A DNA stretch of 64,000 nucleotides from Schmidtea nova (lineage: Eukaryota): assembly GCA_044892505.1 (NCBI GenBank), contig CM097883.1, positions 147,994,001-148,058,000 on the forward strand, written 5' to 3'. This document shows, in pieces, positions 1 through 9,869 of this stretch. Each line of letters begins with the position of its first letter. Within the stretch, counting starts at the first letter, position 1. Both the position numbers and the translations under genes were made by a program. The notes beneath the pieces were generated by a model. It had not been told where the DNA came from, ran no database searches, and saw only the letters and a list, made by a program, of their open reading frames with translations.

Positions 1-731
1 ACATTTTTATGGTGATGGACATAATTTTATATAATTTTGAAAAAATATTTTGTGTTGAAAATATTTTATGTAAATTAATTTTTTAACTATTTGGAAAATG
101 GATTATATTTTCATTTATATTTTAATATTTTAATTCAATAAATAATAATAATAATAAAATAAATAAATAAATAATACAGGTTGTTTAAATAAATTAAAAA
201 TAAATAAATTACTGTTTGTTTAAATAAATTATATTTCTGACCTACAAGGTCAGAAAAATGAAATAATATCTCAAGGTTAAAAAATAATTTTGAAAACAAT
301 TCTGTTTTGAAAACAACTCTATTTTCAAAAACAATTTCAATCAACTCAAGAGGCAAAATAACAATCATTATTGACAGATTAAGTGCCTTAAAATTTAGTA
401 TATAAACTGACTGATTTTTCAGTTAAATCACCCAAAAATCAAAAGCTTTAAAGAAGAGTTGTAAATTCAATAAATTGATATTACAACATAATTTGAGCAT
501 ACCTATTTACACATCCGAGCTCAGGAAGCTGCAAATATTCACACACACACACACGCATCTATACATATATAAAATATAAGTTGGAATTGATACATATATT
601 TTGTGAGGTAATTGTTTAATTTTTATCAAAATTGTAAATTGTTATAATTTAAATAAAGTTTAGAAAAGAACCAGTCTTTGACTTATTTATTTATATAAGT
701 TCATCAAGTTGAGATTCTTGGAACCTCAACA
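1..731 (+). repeat. 5' LTR of element 1 (partial)
   Basis: Identical by eye to 12009-12741 except one AC unit ((AC)7 vs (AC)8). Ends ...CTCAACA immediately before the PBS. Confidence 0.95.
399..424 (+). promoter_or_regulatory. Candidate LTR core promoter (TATA + TCAGTT initiator-like)
   Basis: TATATAAA at 399-406 and TCAGTT at 419-424; spacing is slightly short. AATAAA at 469-474. Confidence 0.3.
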
Positions 732-733
732 TT

Positions 734-751
734 TGGTGCCGCGAACCGGGA
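734..751 (+). promoter_or_regulatory. Primer-binding site, tRNA-His-like
   Basis: TGGTGCCGCGAACCGGGA lies 2 nt after the LTR end and is complementary to a tRNA 3' end ...TCCCGGTTCGCGGCACCA. The ...CGGCA-CCA acceptor resembles metazoan tRNA-His. Confidence 0.8.
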
Positions 752-992
752 CTAAATTAAATTTAAACAAATTAATTGAATTCGGGGGATAAGAATTGCG
801 ATCAGAGGATTATATTAATTGATATCGGGATTTATTTATATAAAATTATTGGACACGTATTTTTAAACGAAAACTAATCCGGATACTGAGATAATTTTTG
901 ATAACGGACAATAAAGAAATTTTTACGGAATAATAAAAATTGATAATAATCTAGAGATAGCGCATAATCTAAGAAATCGAATAGTATATAGA

Positions 993-3900
993 ATGGCGAA
1001 TAATAATGAAAATAATGATAACCTTCGTAATATTTGGCAAAATAGAGATGCTGATAACGTTAATCGTAATATTTTAATAAAGACATTACCAGTTGAACCG
1101 TATAAAGGGGAACCTGAAAAATTTGATGATTTTTTTGATGAAATTGCACAATACGCAGAGGCTTGTGGGTGGACACAAGATGAGTTAAAAAGACGAATTC
1201 CATTATATTTAAAGGGTTATGCATTGCAGGCATATAATAATTTAGAATGTAAGGGTAGAAATTGGGAAGACTTAGTCAACAATTTAAGAGGTGAAATTGT
1301 AATTGAGCGAGATTTGCAGAAAATTAATGTACAAAAATTTAGAAATAGATACCAAGGTAGCAGAGAAACAATTGGAGAATATGTGTATAATTTGACCGAG
1401 TTAGCTCGAAAAGCTTTTGGAGTAGGAGAACATACTGCGAAATTAATAGAGGATCAATTTTGGAGTGGAATTCAAAAATATTTATACAAGGCATTAATAA
1501 TGGTCGAATATGAAGATTTAAACGAACTGGTTCAGAAAGCTCGAAGAATTGAAGCAATTCAAAGAGATAGATCTAACGCAACAATTGATGCAGTAGAATT
1601 AGAGAGTAAAATAGGGAAATCTGAGGCAACTGATAAAGATGATAATATTCCATGGGAAGAGATGAAGCAGTTATATTTGAATTTTGTTAAAAATAGAAAA
1701 AGGATGGGTCCAAATGCAAGTCGAAATCAATCACCAGAAAATAATAAGAGGTCAAATAGCCCAAGGGGTAGACCGAATAGTCGAAATGACAATTATGTAG
1801 AATTTACCAGAAATGATAAAAATAATTACTTTGAATATAATAAAGATAATGAGAGACGTTTAAACTATAATAGGGATAATTATTTTGATAATAATCGATA
1901 TAATAAAAATAGTCGTTTTAATGATAATCGGAACTATAGGGATAACTTTAATACAAGGAACAATTCTGATCGAAATAGATATGATGATAATAGATATAAT
2001 TTTGGGTCAAATAGAGATAATCTTAGAGGTAGACGACCAAGTCCAAATCAACAAATGTATAATAGAGATAGAAGACCTAGCCCATTTAATAATGATGGAA
2101 GAGACAAAATTAATTTTCGAGGTGAAATAAAATGTTTTAATTGTCAAAAGTATGGTCATATGGCAAAAGCATGTAGAAATATACGAGTTGAATCACCAAA
2201 CAGAGTGCAGTTTAAAAAGGAGCCAGAGGTGAAACAAATAAATGGTATGGAGGTTAAAGAACCCAATAATGAAATCGAGATGCTGAGGGATGAATTACAA
2301 GAATTTAAGACAAAATATGAGAGACTAATTGAAAGGAATAAAATTAATGTATTGATTAATGAGTTTAAAACTTTTACTAATGAAGTTAAGATGGATAATG
2401 ATGAATTAAGAGAACAAAGAGAAAGAGATGAAGAATTACTAGCAGAGATAGATAGACATAATATTTTAAAGCAAGAATTGGACGAATCTTTAAAAAAGTA
2501 CCCTATAGATGATAATGAAGTATTGAGAATATTAAATAAAATTCATGTAGAGGGGATAAATCTTGAGAATCTGAGAAACTTGATACCGCTATTGGCTCGA
2601 AGACAAAAGGAAACAAAGTTGTTTGAATTAGAAATTGAGATAAAAGAGATGTTGAGATGTTATAGTGAATTTGTTCGAAAAAATGAGAAGTTACATGAAC
2701 CCTTGGAAATTACATTAGAAACAAAAGATGGAGATACACCTAAAATCATCATTCATAAACAAGGGGTACATACTTGTACAAAAGTGAAAAAGATAAAACA
2801 AATAGCCAGAGCAAATTGGTACAGCGAAATAGGAATCAATGATGAAATAGTATTATACTTTTACGGAATAAAGATGCAAAGTGAAGATTTTTTAATGGAC
2901 TATGGGATAAATTCAATTGATAACAATATAATAACAGTATCAGTTAAAGTGGGATTAGAATCAATGCTAGATGAATGGATTGCTAATGATAGAAGAATAT
3001 CTAAATCAGATGCGAGTCAGAAAAACGATGTAACATATGAAGCAGAGGATTTTGAAACGATAAAACAAGATGGAGATGAGTCACAAGAGTCAGAAATAAC
3101 AAATAAGTTTACTAGTAAACGGATGGCGGAAAAATTGAGAGAGATTGCAAGCGAAATGTCAACAAATAGTGAAGATACAGATATAATTATAGATTTGATT
3201 AAAACTGTATACCCAAGATTATATTCCAACGCAAACATATCATCTTTAGCAGATAACATAGGGAATCGAATTAAACTAATTACAACAGATATAAAAAACT
3301 TAGTGACTGAAGATGTTAATGAAAAAGCTGTCTTGAAAATATTATTCAGAACAGGAATAAATCAGGATAGAGTAGTAACAGCATTGGCATACCTCATTTA
3401 TAGATCAGAATATGTATTGATAAAAAATGCGGAGAAACAAGTAAATCGAGTAGCAGAACAAATATTAATGAAATTAAAACCCGAAGTGATACCATGGATA
3501 CAGTCTAAAGGTGGGTGGCAAATTTTATACGATAAAACAGTGCCGATAGAGACACCTACCATAGAAATAGATACCCAAGAAAAAGAAGTTGAAAGACGAC
3601 TAAAGAAAATAATAAATAAAACAATGATGAAATCAGGAAAAAGTAATCATGGATTATCAATACCTATTATAATAATGATGATAACAATATTACTTAACTT
3701 AATAAAGGGTAGTACAGGTATGATCGCTTATGATTGTCAGAATCCAAAATGGGGACAAAAATATTCACTATTAGATGTAGAAAATTGCCCAGAAGCTAAT
3801 CCAACCACTTTAAGTACCACAGAACCTAAAATATTTTATGTTTATCAAGAATCTGATTTTATACATACAGAAGCAAAAGAATGTGTAATAAAATATTCTG

Positions 3901-6900
3901 AAGAAGTCTTTGTATGTAATAATATAGCAAGGACGATACTCCGACCGTCATTTACACCAGACACAGTTATAATAACACCACAAGAGTGTGAAAATGCATT
4001 TCAATCAAAGAAGATAAAAATACATGAAATCGAACTAAAAGCACAGGTAGGTGCACGAGTAAAACAACGAGTAGATGTAATTGGATGGTCTTCACAGGGA
4101 GGATATTGTCAAGGTGGGGAATATAGAATATGGGGACACATTATAAAAAACGCCGTTGTAAGACGAGAATACATCGTCGAACTTAGACAGTTTAAAGCAT
4201 CATTTGACAGCATAACACAAAAAATGATGACACACCCTTTCTGTACATCAAAAGAAGTAAGTTGTGACACTGGTGAATCAATAGTAATATATAAAGTTGA
4301 TCCATACGATTGTCCTCTAACAATATTGAAGTCGCTAAAATTTACAGCAATTAAAGGCAAACAGTTTACAAATACAGAATCAACTAAAGTAAGAGATAGA
4401 AAACGAAAGACAATTGTAATCCAAGAAAAAGATACACCCACAATATATATGACAGAATCTTCAGGAGAAGCATTGAGATTTCTTAGTAAAGGGGAAATTA
4501 TAAAATGTGGAAAGTCAATAATACAAACCAATTATAAAGGTCTATATTTGAGTAAAGATGAAATAAAAGATGCGAAAATAAAAGTAAACAAATACGATAT
4601 TAAACTTTCATCATATTTCAATAATAAGATTGACTATTTTTATCACCATCAATTAATGCAATTAGATAGGGTATATCAAGAAACAATAATAAATGATTGT
4701 AAGCTTAACCGAGAAATTTTAAGATCGAAAATGGCATTAGCAATTACAAATCCGGATCTAATGGCCCCAATGCTCTTTTCAGAAAGAGGCGCATTTGCTA
4801 GAGTTGTTGGCGAAGTAATCCAAACATTTCAATGTAAACCAGTCAGTGTATCATTAGCTACGAACAAACAATGTACAAACGAATTACCAGTTATTTATAA
4901 GGGAGAGAAAGTCTACTTACAACCCATAACAAGGATACTAACAGATAAAAACTACATACCTAAGAGAATAGATAAATGTACAAACTTATTAGACCCTCTA
5001 TATAAATTAGATGACGAAACATGGATAACGATGTCAGATAAGAAGGTAGCAATAAGACCACTAAATCTAGAAATGACAGAACTAGATAAGAAACTAGAAT
5101 TCATAGAAGTAAATGATTTTGATAACAATGGACTTTATACAAAGGAAGACATAGAAAGTGCAAGAAAACATTTATTATTTCCGAACGAAAAGGAGAAAGT
5201 ACTAACAATAATAGCAAGCAAAGTTATCGAGAATAGCCACGATGGACAATACAATTTCGACATCTTGTTATCAAAAGAACACTTCAAGAAGGTAGTTTAT
5301 CGAGTTCTATATAGTATATGGGGATACTTTGCAATCCTAGGAAATACCTTCTCAACCACACTCGGCATCTATTATTCTATTGCACTACTAAAAATGATAT
5401 GTTCATCACTAGTATCATTTAGACAGCTGAGACAAGTATTTGGCAATTCATACAAAATGCTAGCTTGTTTATGTCCATTTATTGCAAAATATTTAATAAC
5501 TGCAAAACATGATAAAGATATCAAAAGAATAATAAGAAAGACAACAGAAGAAAGACTAATAGATGACAATACCAATCAAGAAAATAATCATACGGAAGAA
5601 TTCGATCACACGGAACCAACGCAAGGAGGACCATATATTATACACATGGATCAATTAAGAAATCTAGGCAATGAGATCGAAACTAATATACCTCTAAAAG
5701 ATTATAACACCCACACGCTGATAAGAAAACCAAAGAAAGTATACGGATGTTATGGACTAGAAGAAAGAGAAGAAGCAAACGACATGAGGCCAAGAACCCA
5801 AATAACGATAAACAATCAAATACTAAATGCGCTAGTAGATACCGGTGCCGCTGCATCATTGATAGAAGAAGATCTACTAACAGAAAAACAACTTCAAAAT
5901 ATCACATCAACAAATGATGAATTATTGTCACTTTCTTCACACACTATACCTATTAAAGGAAACGTAAAACTTACAGTATACTTTGAAAATCAGACCATAG
6001 ATCATGTGTTCCGAGTAGCAGATATATGTCAAAGGAAATGTATTCTAGGCATAGATATTCTGAAAAAATTAAAGAATCATGTAATTGATTTATCAGATAA
6101 CAAAATAAAAAGAAAGATAAACAAAAGTTATAAAAAGCCGATAGAAGTAAGCGCGATAGAAGAATTTGAACTAGAATATGAAAGTGATAATATTATACCT
6201 ATAAAAGTTAATATTCAAAGTGATGACATATTTATTTTCGAACCCAACACAACGATTACAGAAAATAGAAATATAATGCTAACCGACGAATGTGTAATAC
6301 CCAAAAAGGGTATAATCCCAATTCGAATTGCCAATTTCGAAAACAGAAAAATAAAAATTCATAAAGGTACAAAATTAGGTCAATTATCAAAATATAAATA
6401 TGATATTGGCGAGATAAGTATAGAAAGTAACAACCTTGAAGATACAATTAAACCGAATGACATTAAATTTTACGAAAAGACTACAATAAATAACGATTAT
6501 CTGGACAAGGTTCAACAAAAATTATTGCAGATATTAATTGATAAATATAATGATGTTTTTGCAAAGCACGAATTTGATCTAGGAGACACGGATATCATTA
6601 AACATGTAATTGATACAGGGAACGCTAGACCAATAAAACAACGACCCTATGTAACACCATATAAACTTCGAGAAGAAATAAAGAGACAAATAAATGAACT
6701 AAAAGGGGCAGGAGTAATTAGACAAAGTTTCTCACAGTGGGCTTCACCAATAGTACCAGTTAGAAAGAAAGATGGCGAAATTAGAATGTGTATCGATTAT
6801 AGAAAATTAAACGAAGTAACAACAAAAGACTCATATCCATTTCCAAAGGCACAAGAACAATACGATAAACTAAGAGGCGCTAAATATTTTACGGTCATAG

Positions 6901-6956
6901 ATGCTAATAAAGGATATATGCAAATCCAAATAGAAGAAGGAGATATTGAAAAATAA
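993..6956 (+). CDS. Polyprotein, part 1: Gag (capsid-like, CCHC knuckle) - UBL - Bcl-2-like - signal peptide - class III-type glycoprotein - TM - aspartic protease - dUTPase-like spacer - N-half of RT
   Basis: CFNCQKYGHMAKAC knuckle; LREIASEM, LFRTGINQDRVV and PWIQSKGGW motifs; hydrophobic LSIPIIIMMITILLNLIKGSTG followed by MIAYDC; LVDTGA protease motif; RT motifs WASPIVPVRKKDGEIRMCIDYRKLN. Ends at an in-frame TAA. Confidence 0.93.
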   Translation: MANNNENNDNLRNIWQNRDADNVNRNILIKTLPVEPYKGEPEKFDDFFDEIAQYAEACGWTQDELKRRIPLYLKGYALQAYNNLECKGRNWEDLVNNLRGEIVIERDLQKINVQKFRNRYQGSRETIGEYVYNLTELARKAFGVGEHTAKLIEDQFWSGIQKYLYKALIMVEYEDLNELVQKARRIEAIQRDRSNATIDAVELESKIGKSEATDKDDNIPWEEMKQLYLNFVKNRKRMGPNASRNQSPENNKRSNSPRGRPNSRNDNYVEFTRNDKNNYFEYNKDNERRLNYNRDNYFDNNRYNKNSRFNDNRNYRDNFNTRNNSDRNRYDDNRYNFGSNRDNLRGRRPSPNQQMYNRDRRPSPFNNDGRDKINFRGEIKCFNCQKYGHMAKACRNIRVESPNRVQFKKEPEVKQINGMEVKEPNNEIEMLRDELQEFKTKYERLIERNKINVLINEFKTFTNEVKMDNDELREQRERDEELLAEIDRHNILKQELDESLKKYPIDDNEVLRILNKIHVEGINLENLRNLIPLLARRQKETKLFELEIEIKEMLRCYSEFVRKNEKLHEPLEITLETKDGDTPKIIIHKQGVHTCTKVKKIKQIARANWYSEIGINDEIVLYFYGIKMQSEDFLMDYGINSIDNNIITVSVKVGLESMLDEWIANDRRISKSDASQKNDVTYEAEDFETIKQDGDESQESEITNKFTSKRMAEKLREIASEMSTNSEDTDIIIDLIKTVYPRLYSNANISSLADNIGNRIKLITTDIKNLVTEDVNEKAVLKILFRTGINQDRVVTALAYLIYRSEYVLIKNAEKQVNRVAEQILMKLKPEVIPWIQSKGGWQILYDKTVPIETPTIEIDTQEKEVERRLKKIINKTMMKSGKSNHGLSIPIIIMMITILLNLIKGSTGMIAYDCQNPKWGQKYSLLDVENCPEANPTTLSTTEPKIFYVYQESDFIHTEAKECVIKYSEEVFVCNNIARTILRPSFTPDTVIITPQECENAFQSKKIKIHEIELKAQVGARVKQRVDVIGWSSQGGYCQGGEYRIWGHIIKNAVVRREYIVELRQFKASFDSITQKMMTHPFCTSKEVSCDTGESIVIYKVDPYDCPLTILKSLKFTAIKGKQFTNTESTKVRDRKRKTIVIQEKDTPTIYMTESSGEALRFLSKGEIIKCGKSIIQTNYKGLYLSKDEIKDAKIKVNKYDIKLSSYFNNKIDYFYHHQLMQLDRVYQETIINDCKLNREILRSKMALAITNPDLMAPMLFSERGAFARVVGEVIQTFQCKPVSVSLATNKQCTNELPVIYKGEKVYLQPITRILTDKNYIPKRIDKCTNLLDPLYKLDDETWITMSDKKVAIRPLNLEMTELDKKLEFIEVNDFDNNGLYTKEDIESARKHLLFPNEKEKVLTIIASKVIENSHDGQYNFDILLSKEHFKKVVYRVLYSIWGYFAILGNTFSTTLGIYYSIALLKMICSSLVSFRQLRQVFGNSYKMLACLCPFIAKYLITAKHDKDIKRIIRKTTEERLIDDNTNQENNHTEEFDHTEPTQGGPYIIHMDQLRNLGNEIETNIPLKDYNTHTLIRKPKKVYGCYGLEEREEANDMRPRTQITINNQILNALVDTGAAASLIEEDLLTEKQLQNITSTNDELLSLSSHTIPIKGNVKLTVYFENQTIDHVFRVADICQRKCILGIDILKKLKNHVIDLSDNKIKRKINKSYKKPIEVSAIEEFELEYESDNIIPIKVNIQSDDIFIFEPNTTITENRNIMLTDECVIPKKGIIPIRIANFENRKIKIHKGTKLGQLSKYKYDIGEISIESNNLEDTIKPNDIKFYEKTTINNDYLDKVQQKLLQILIDKYNDVFAKHEFDLGDTDIIKHVIDTGNARPIKQRPYVTPYKLREEIKRQINELKGAGVIRQSFSQWASPIVPVRKKDGEIRMCIDYRKLNEVTTKDSYPFPKAQEQYDKLRGAKYFTVIDANKGYMQIQIEEGDIEK

Positions 6957-9869
6957 GCATTTGTGATAGAAAATGAGCTATACGAATTCTTAAGACTACC
7001 ATTCGGAATGGTAAATGCACCAGCAACATTTCAAAGGCTAATGAATACGATATTGATAGATGTACAACATTGCGCAGTATATATGGATGATGTACTGATA
7101 GCATCAAAAACATTCGAGGAACATCTAGAAGATATAAAAAATGTATTAGAAAGATTTAGAAAATCAAAAATTAAAATTAAACCTACAAAATGTAAATGGG
7201 CAGAACCTTCAGCCTTATATTTAGGACATATTGTCTCAGTAGAAGGCATAATCCCAAACCCAGACAAAATAAAAACAGTACAACAATTTCCAATACCAAA
7301 ATCAGTTAAGGAAGTACAAGGATTTTTAGGTTTAACAGGGTATTATCGAAAATTTATCGAAAATTATGCTAAAATAGCAGCTCCATTAATTGAATTAACA
7401 AAAGGAGTAAAAACAAAGGAAGATGGGAGAAAAACACAGATAGTCCAGAAACTAAATAAAATTAACGAAAAACCACAAAAGTTGTGGACTCAAAGACAAC
7501 AAAATTCCTTTGAGCAACTGAAAGAAAAATTAGTGACCGCACCAATACTTAGATACCCTGATTTTACTAAACAATTTATCATTATGACAGATGCCAGCGG
7601 GAAAGCCGTAGGAGCAGTCTTAGGCCAAGAAGAGGAAAAAGGAAAAGACTACGTCATCGCATATGCAAGCAAAACGTTAAAGAATGCTGAAATCAGATAT
7701 TCGACGATAGAGAAAGAATGTTATGCTATTATGTTTGCGTTAAAACAGTTCAAGCAATATATATACGGATCAGAAGTAATAATAAGAACCGATCACAAAC
7801 CATTAGAAGGGTTATGGAAGCATAAAGATACTTCAAGTAGATTATTAAAATGGGCAATGAAGATTCAAGATATGCAAATTAAAATTATCTATAAACCTGG
7901 CAGAATAAATAAGAATGCAGATGCATTATCTCGTATACCAGAATTAAGTGCTCTAGAAGTATTCGCAATAGTTGCAGAAAACCCTATACATATATATGAA
8001 GAACAAATGAACGATCCTGATTTATCAAAAATAAGAGATGAAATTAAAAAAGGAAAAAACCATAAATATAAAATCAATAAAAATTTACTGATAATAGAAA
8101 GCACGACAGGGAATAAACTCATTATAGTCCCTCAAAAATTAAGACAAATACTTTTATTACAATACCATGATGGAGCACTAGGAGGTCACTTATCAGCCAG
8201 AAAAACAGAAAATAGACTATTACAAAAATATTACTGGGAAAATTTAAAAAATGATGTTAAAGCGTGGTGTAAAGCATGTACTATATGTGCTACTAGAAGA
8301 AATACAGGTACTAAAACAAGAGCTAAAACAAGAGCTAAAACAAGCACTCCTATGAAACTATGTGCCATGGACTTTTTATGCAAATTACCCACTACAATAA
8401 ACGGTAATAAACACATATTGGTTTTTAGTGATTATTTCACAAAGTGGGCAGAAGCTTTTCCAACAAAAGATGAAACAGCGGAAACAGTAGCTAAGCTATT
8501 AACGGAAAAAATTATATTTAAGTTAGGCACACCAAGAAAATTACTCACCGATAAAGGAAGAAATTTTATGAGCGAAACAATTTCTAGAATAGCTAATATT
8601 TTTAATATACAAAAAATAAATACAACAGCATACCACCCTCAAACAGATGGATTAGTAGAAAGATTTAATGGTACATTATTGAATAGACTATCAGTTTTTG
8701 TAAATAAAAATCAAAACGACTGGGATGAATATATAAACCAATGTACTTATATCCACAACATCACACCAAATGAAACAACTGGATATTCACCATACTATTT
8801 GATGTACTTAAGGGAACCAATAATGCCAATTGACACGGTCTTTGAACCAAAAATATCACAATATTTAGACACCCCAGATTATGTTACGCTAATGCAAGAA
8901 AGATTACAAGAAGTATATAAAATAACTAATCTAAAAGTTAAATTTCGTCAAGAACAATACAAGGATGAATACGATAAAACGGCTAAACCTCATAATTTTA
9001 AAATAGGCGACAAAATTAGATTAATGTCACCACAAGTAGGCAAGGGTAAGACAACTAAACTAGCACGACCATTTAAAGGCCCATACGAAGTCATGAAAGT
9101 GATCAATGAAAATTTACATATCCAAAAAAATAAGAACGAGGATCCAACTGTTGTGCACGTCAATAGATGCAAACTTGCAGAAGACGAACTACCAATAATA
9201 AAACCACATAAATACAACTTAAGATCACAACCACAAAGTATATTAATGATATCAATAATCACCCTCATTATATTTAATACAGCTAATGCAAATATAATTA
9301 ATAACAAGGATATAAAAATAATAAGAGAACATGATAAAATCACAATTATTAATCTAAATAGGAACCCAATGATTCAATCATACTTAAAATTTATTAATAA
9401 TTCAAAAGTTATACAAAAGACGAAAAATAACGAAAAGAAATATATCGACAGATACACAAATTTGAAACCCGACACTAATTATTATTTCTGTACAGAAACA
9501 CCAATGTGGCATTTGAAAAAGACCCAATGTGAAATAATAAAAACAAAATCTCAGAAAATATACAAAAGGAAAAAGCAGAGAAGATCCCAAACGGAAAAAC
9601 CTAGAATATTAAATAGAATACCATTAAATAAACCTGCAATAACAATAAATAACTGGGAAGAATTTCAAAATCTGTATCACCCCCAACCAAAACCTTTATA
9701 TAAAACATGGCCAATGTATGTAATAATTTTTAGCATAATATTATTAATAACTATAACAATGTGGATAGGAACGCAAACTTATAGAAAATATAAGTGGAAG
9801 AGGCAGCGTTATCGGAGTTCTCTCATTAGATATATACCTGGAAGGTGCACACTATCTACCCTTTGTTAA
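6957..9869 (+). CDS. Polyprotein, part 2 (same frame): C-half of RT, RNase H, integrase, then signal peptide - FN3-like - TM extension
   Basis: EK*AFV...LPFGMVNAPATFQ and YMDD; RNase H MTDASG / EKEC / TDHKPL; integrase H-H-C-C (GHLS...CTIC), AMDF, TDKG, GLVERFN and FKGPYEV; hydrophobic segments at 9240-9290 and 9714-9770. Confidence 0.93.
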   Translation, partial: AFVIENELYEFLRLPFGMVNAPATFQRLMNTILIDVQHCAVYMDDVLIASKTFEEHLEDIKNVLERFRKSKIKIKPTKCKWAEPSALYLGHIVSVEGIIPNPDKIKTVQQFPIPKSVKEVQGFLGLTGYYRKFIENYAKIAAPLIELTKGVKTKEDGRKTQIVQKLNKINEKPQKLWTQRQQNSFEQLKEKLVTAPILRYPDFTKQFIIMTDASGKAVGAVLGQEEEKGKDYVIAYASKTLKNAEIRYSTIEKECYAIMFALKQFKQYIYGSEVIIRTDHKPLEGLWKHKDTSSRLLKWAMKIQDMQIKIIYKPGRINKNADALSRIPELSALEVFAIVAENPIHIYEEQMNDPDLSKIRDEIKKGKNHKYKINKNLLIIESTTGNKLIIVPQKLRQILLLQYHDGALGGHLSARKTENRLLQKYYWENLKNDVKAWCKACTICATRRNTGTKTRAKTRAKTSTPMKLCAMDFLCKLPTTINGNKHILVFSDYFTKWAEAFPTKDETAETVAKLLTEKIIFKLGTPRKLLTDKGRNFMSETISRIANIFNIQKINTTAYHPQTDGLVERFNGTLLNRLSVFVNKNQNDWDEYINQCTYIHNITPNETTGYSPYYLMYLREPIMPIDTVFEPKISQYLDTPDYVTLMQERLQEVYKITNLKVKFRQEQYKDEYDKTAKPHNFKIGDKIRLMSPQVGKGKTTKLARPFKGPYEVMKVINENLHIQKNKNEDPTVVHVNRCKLAEDELPIIKPHKYNLRSQPQSILMISIITLIIFNTANANIINNKDIKIIREHDKITIINLNRNPMIQSYLKFINNSKVIQKTKNNEKKYIDRYTNLKPDTNYYFCTETPMWHLKKTQCEIIKTKSQKIYKRKKQRRSQTEKPRILNRIPLNKPAITINNWEEFQNLYHPQPKPLYKTWPMYVIIFSIILLITITMWIGTQTYRKYKWKRQRYRSSLIRYIPGRCTLSTLC

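Noticed and set aside
135-368. 77-aa minus-strand ORF, duplicated at 12143-12376
   Set aside because: It lies in AT-rich low-complexity LTR sequence; the duplication simply reflects the two LTRs.
6120-6420. dUTPase-like segment between PR and RT as a novelty
   Set aside because: This PIRIAN...KGTKLG-type spacer is common in Ty3/Gypsy pol and lacks intact dUTPase motifs.
6954-6962. Programmed stop-codon readthrough as a gag/pol regulator
   Set aside because: The stop is inside the RT catalytic domain, not at a Gag/PR boundary, and lacks a known readthrough context; a mutation or error is more parsimonious.
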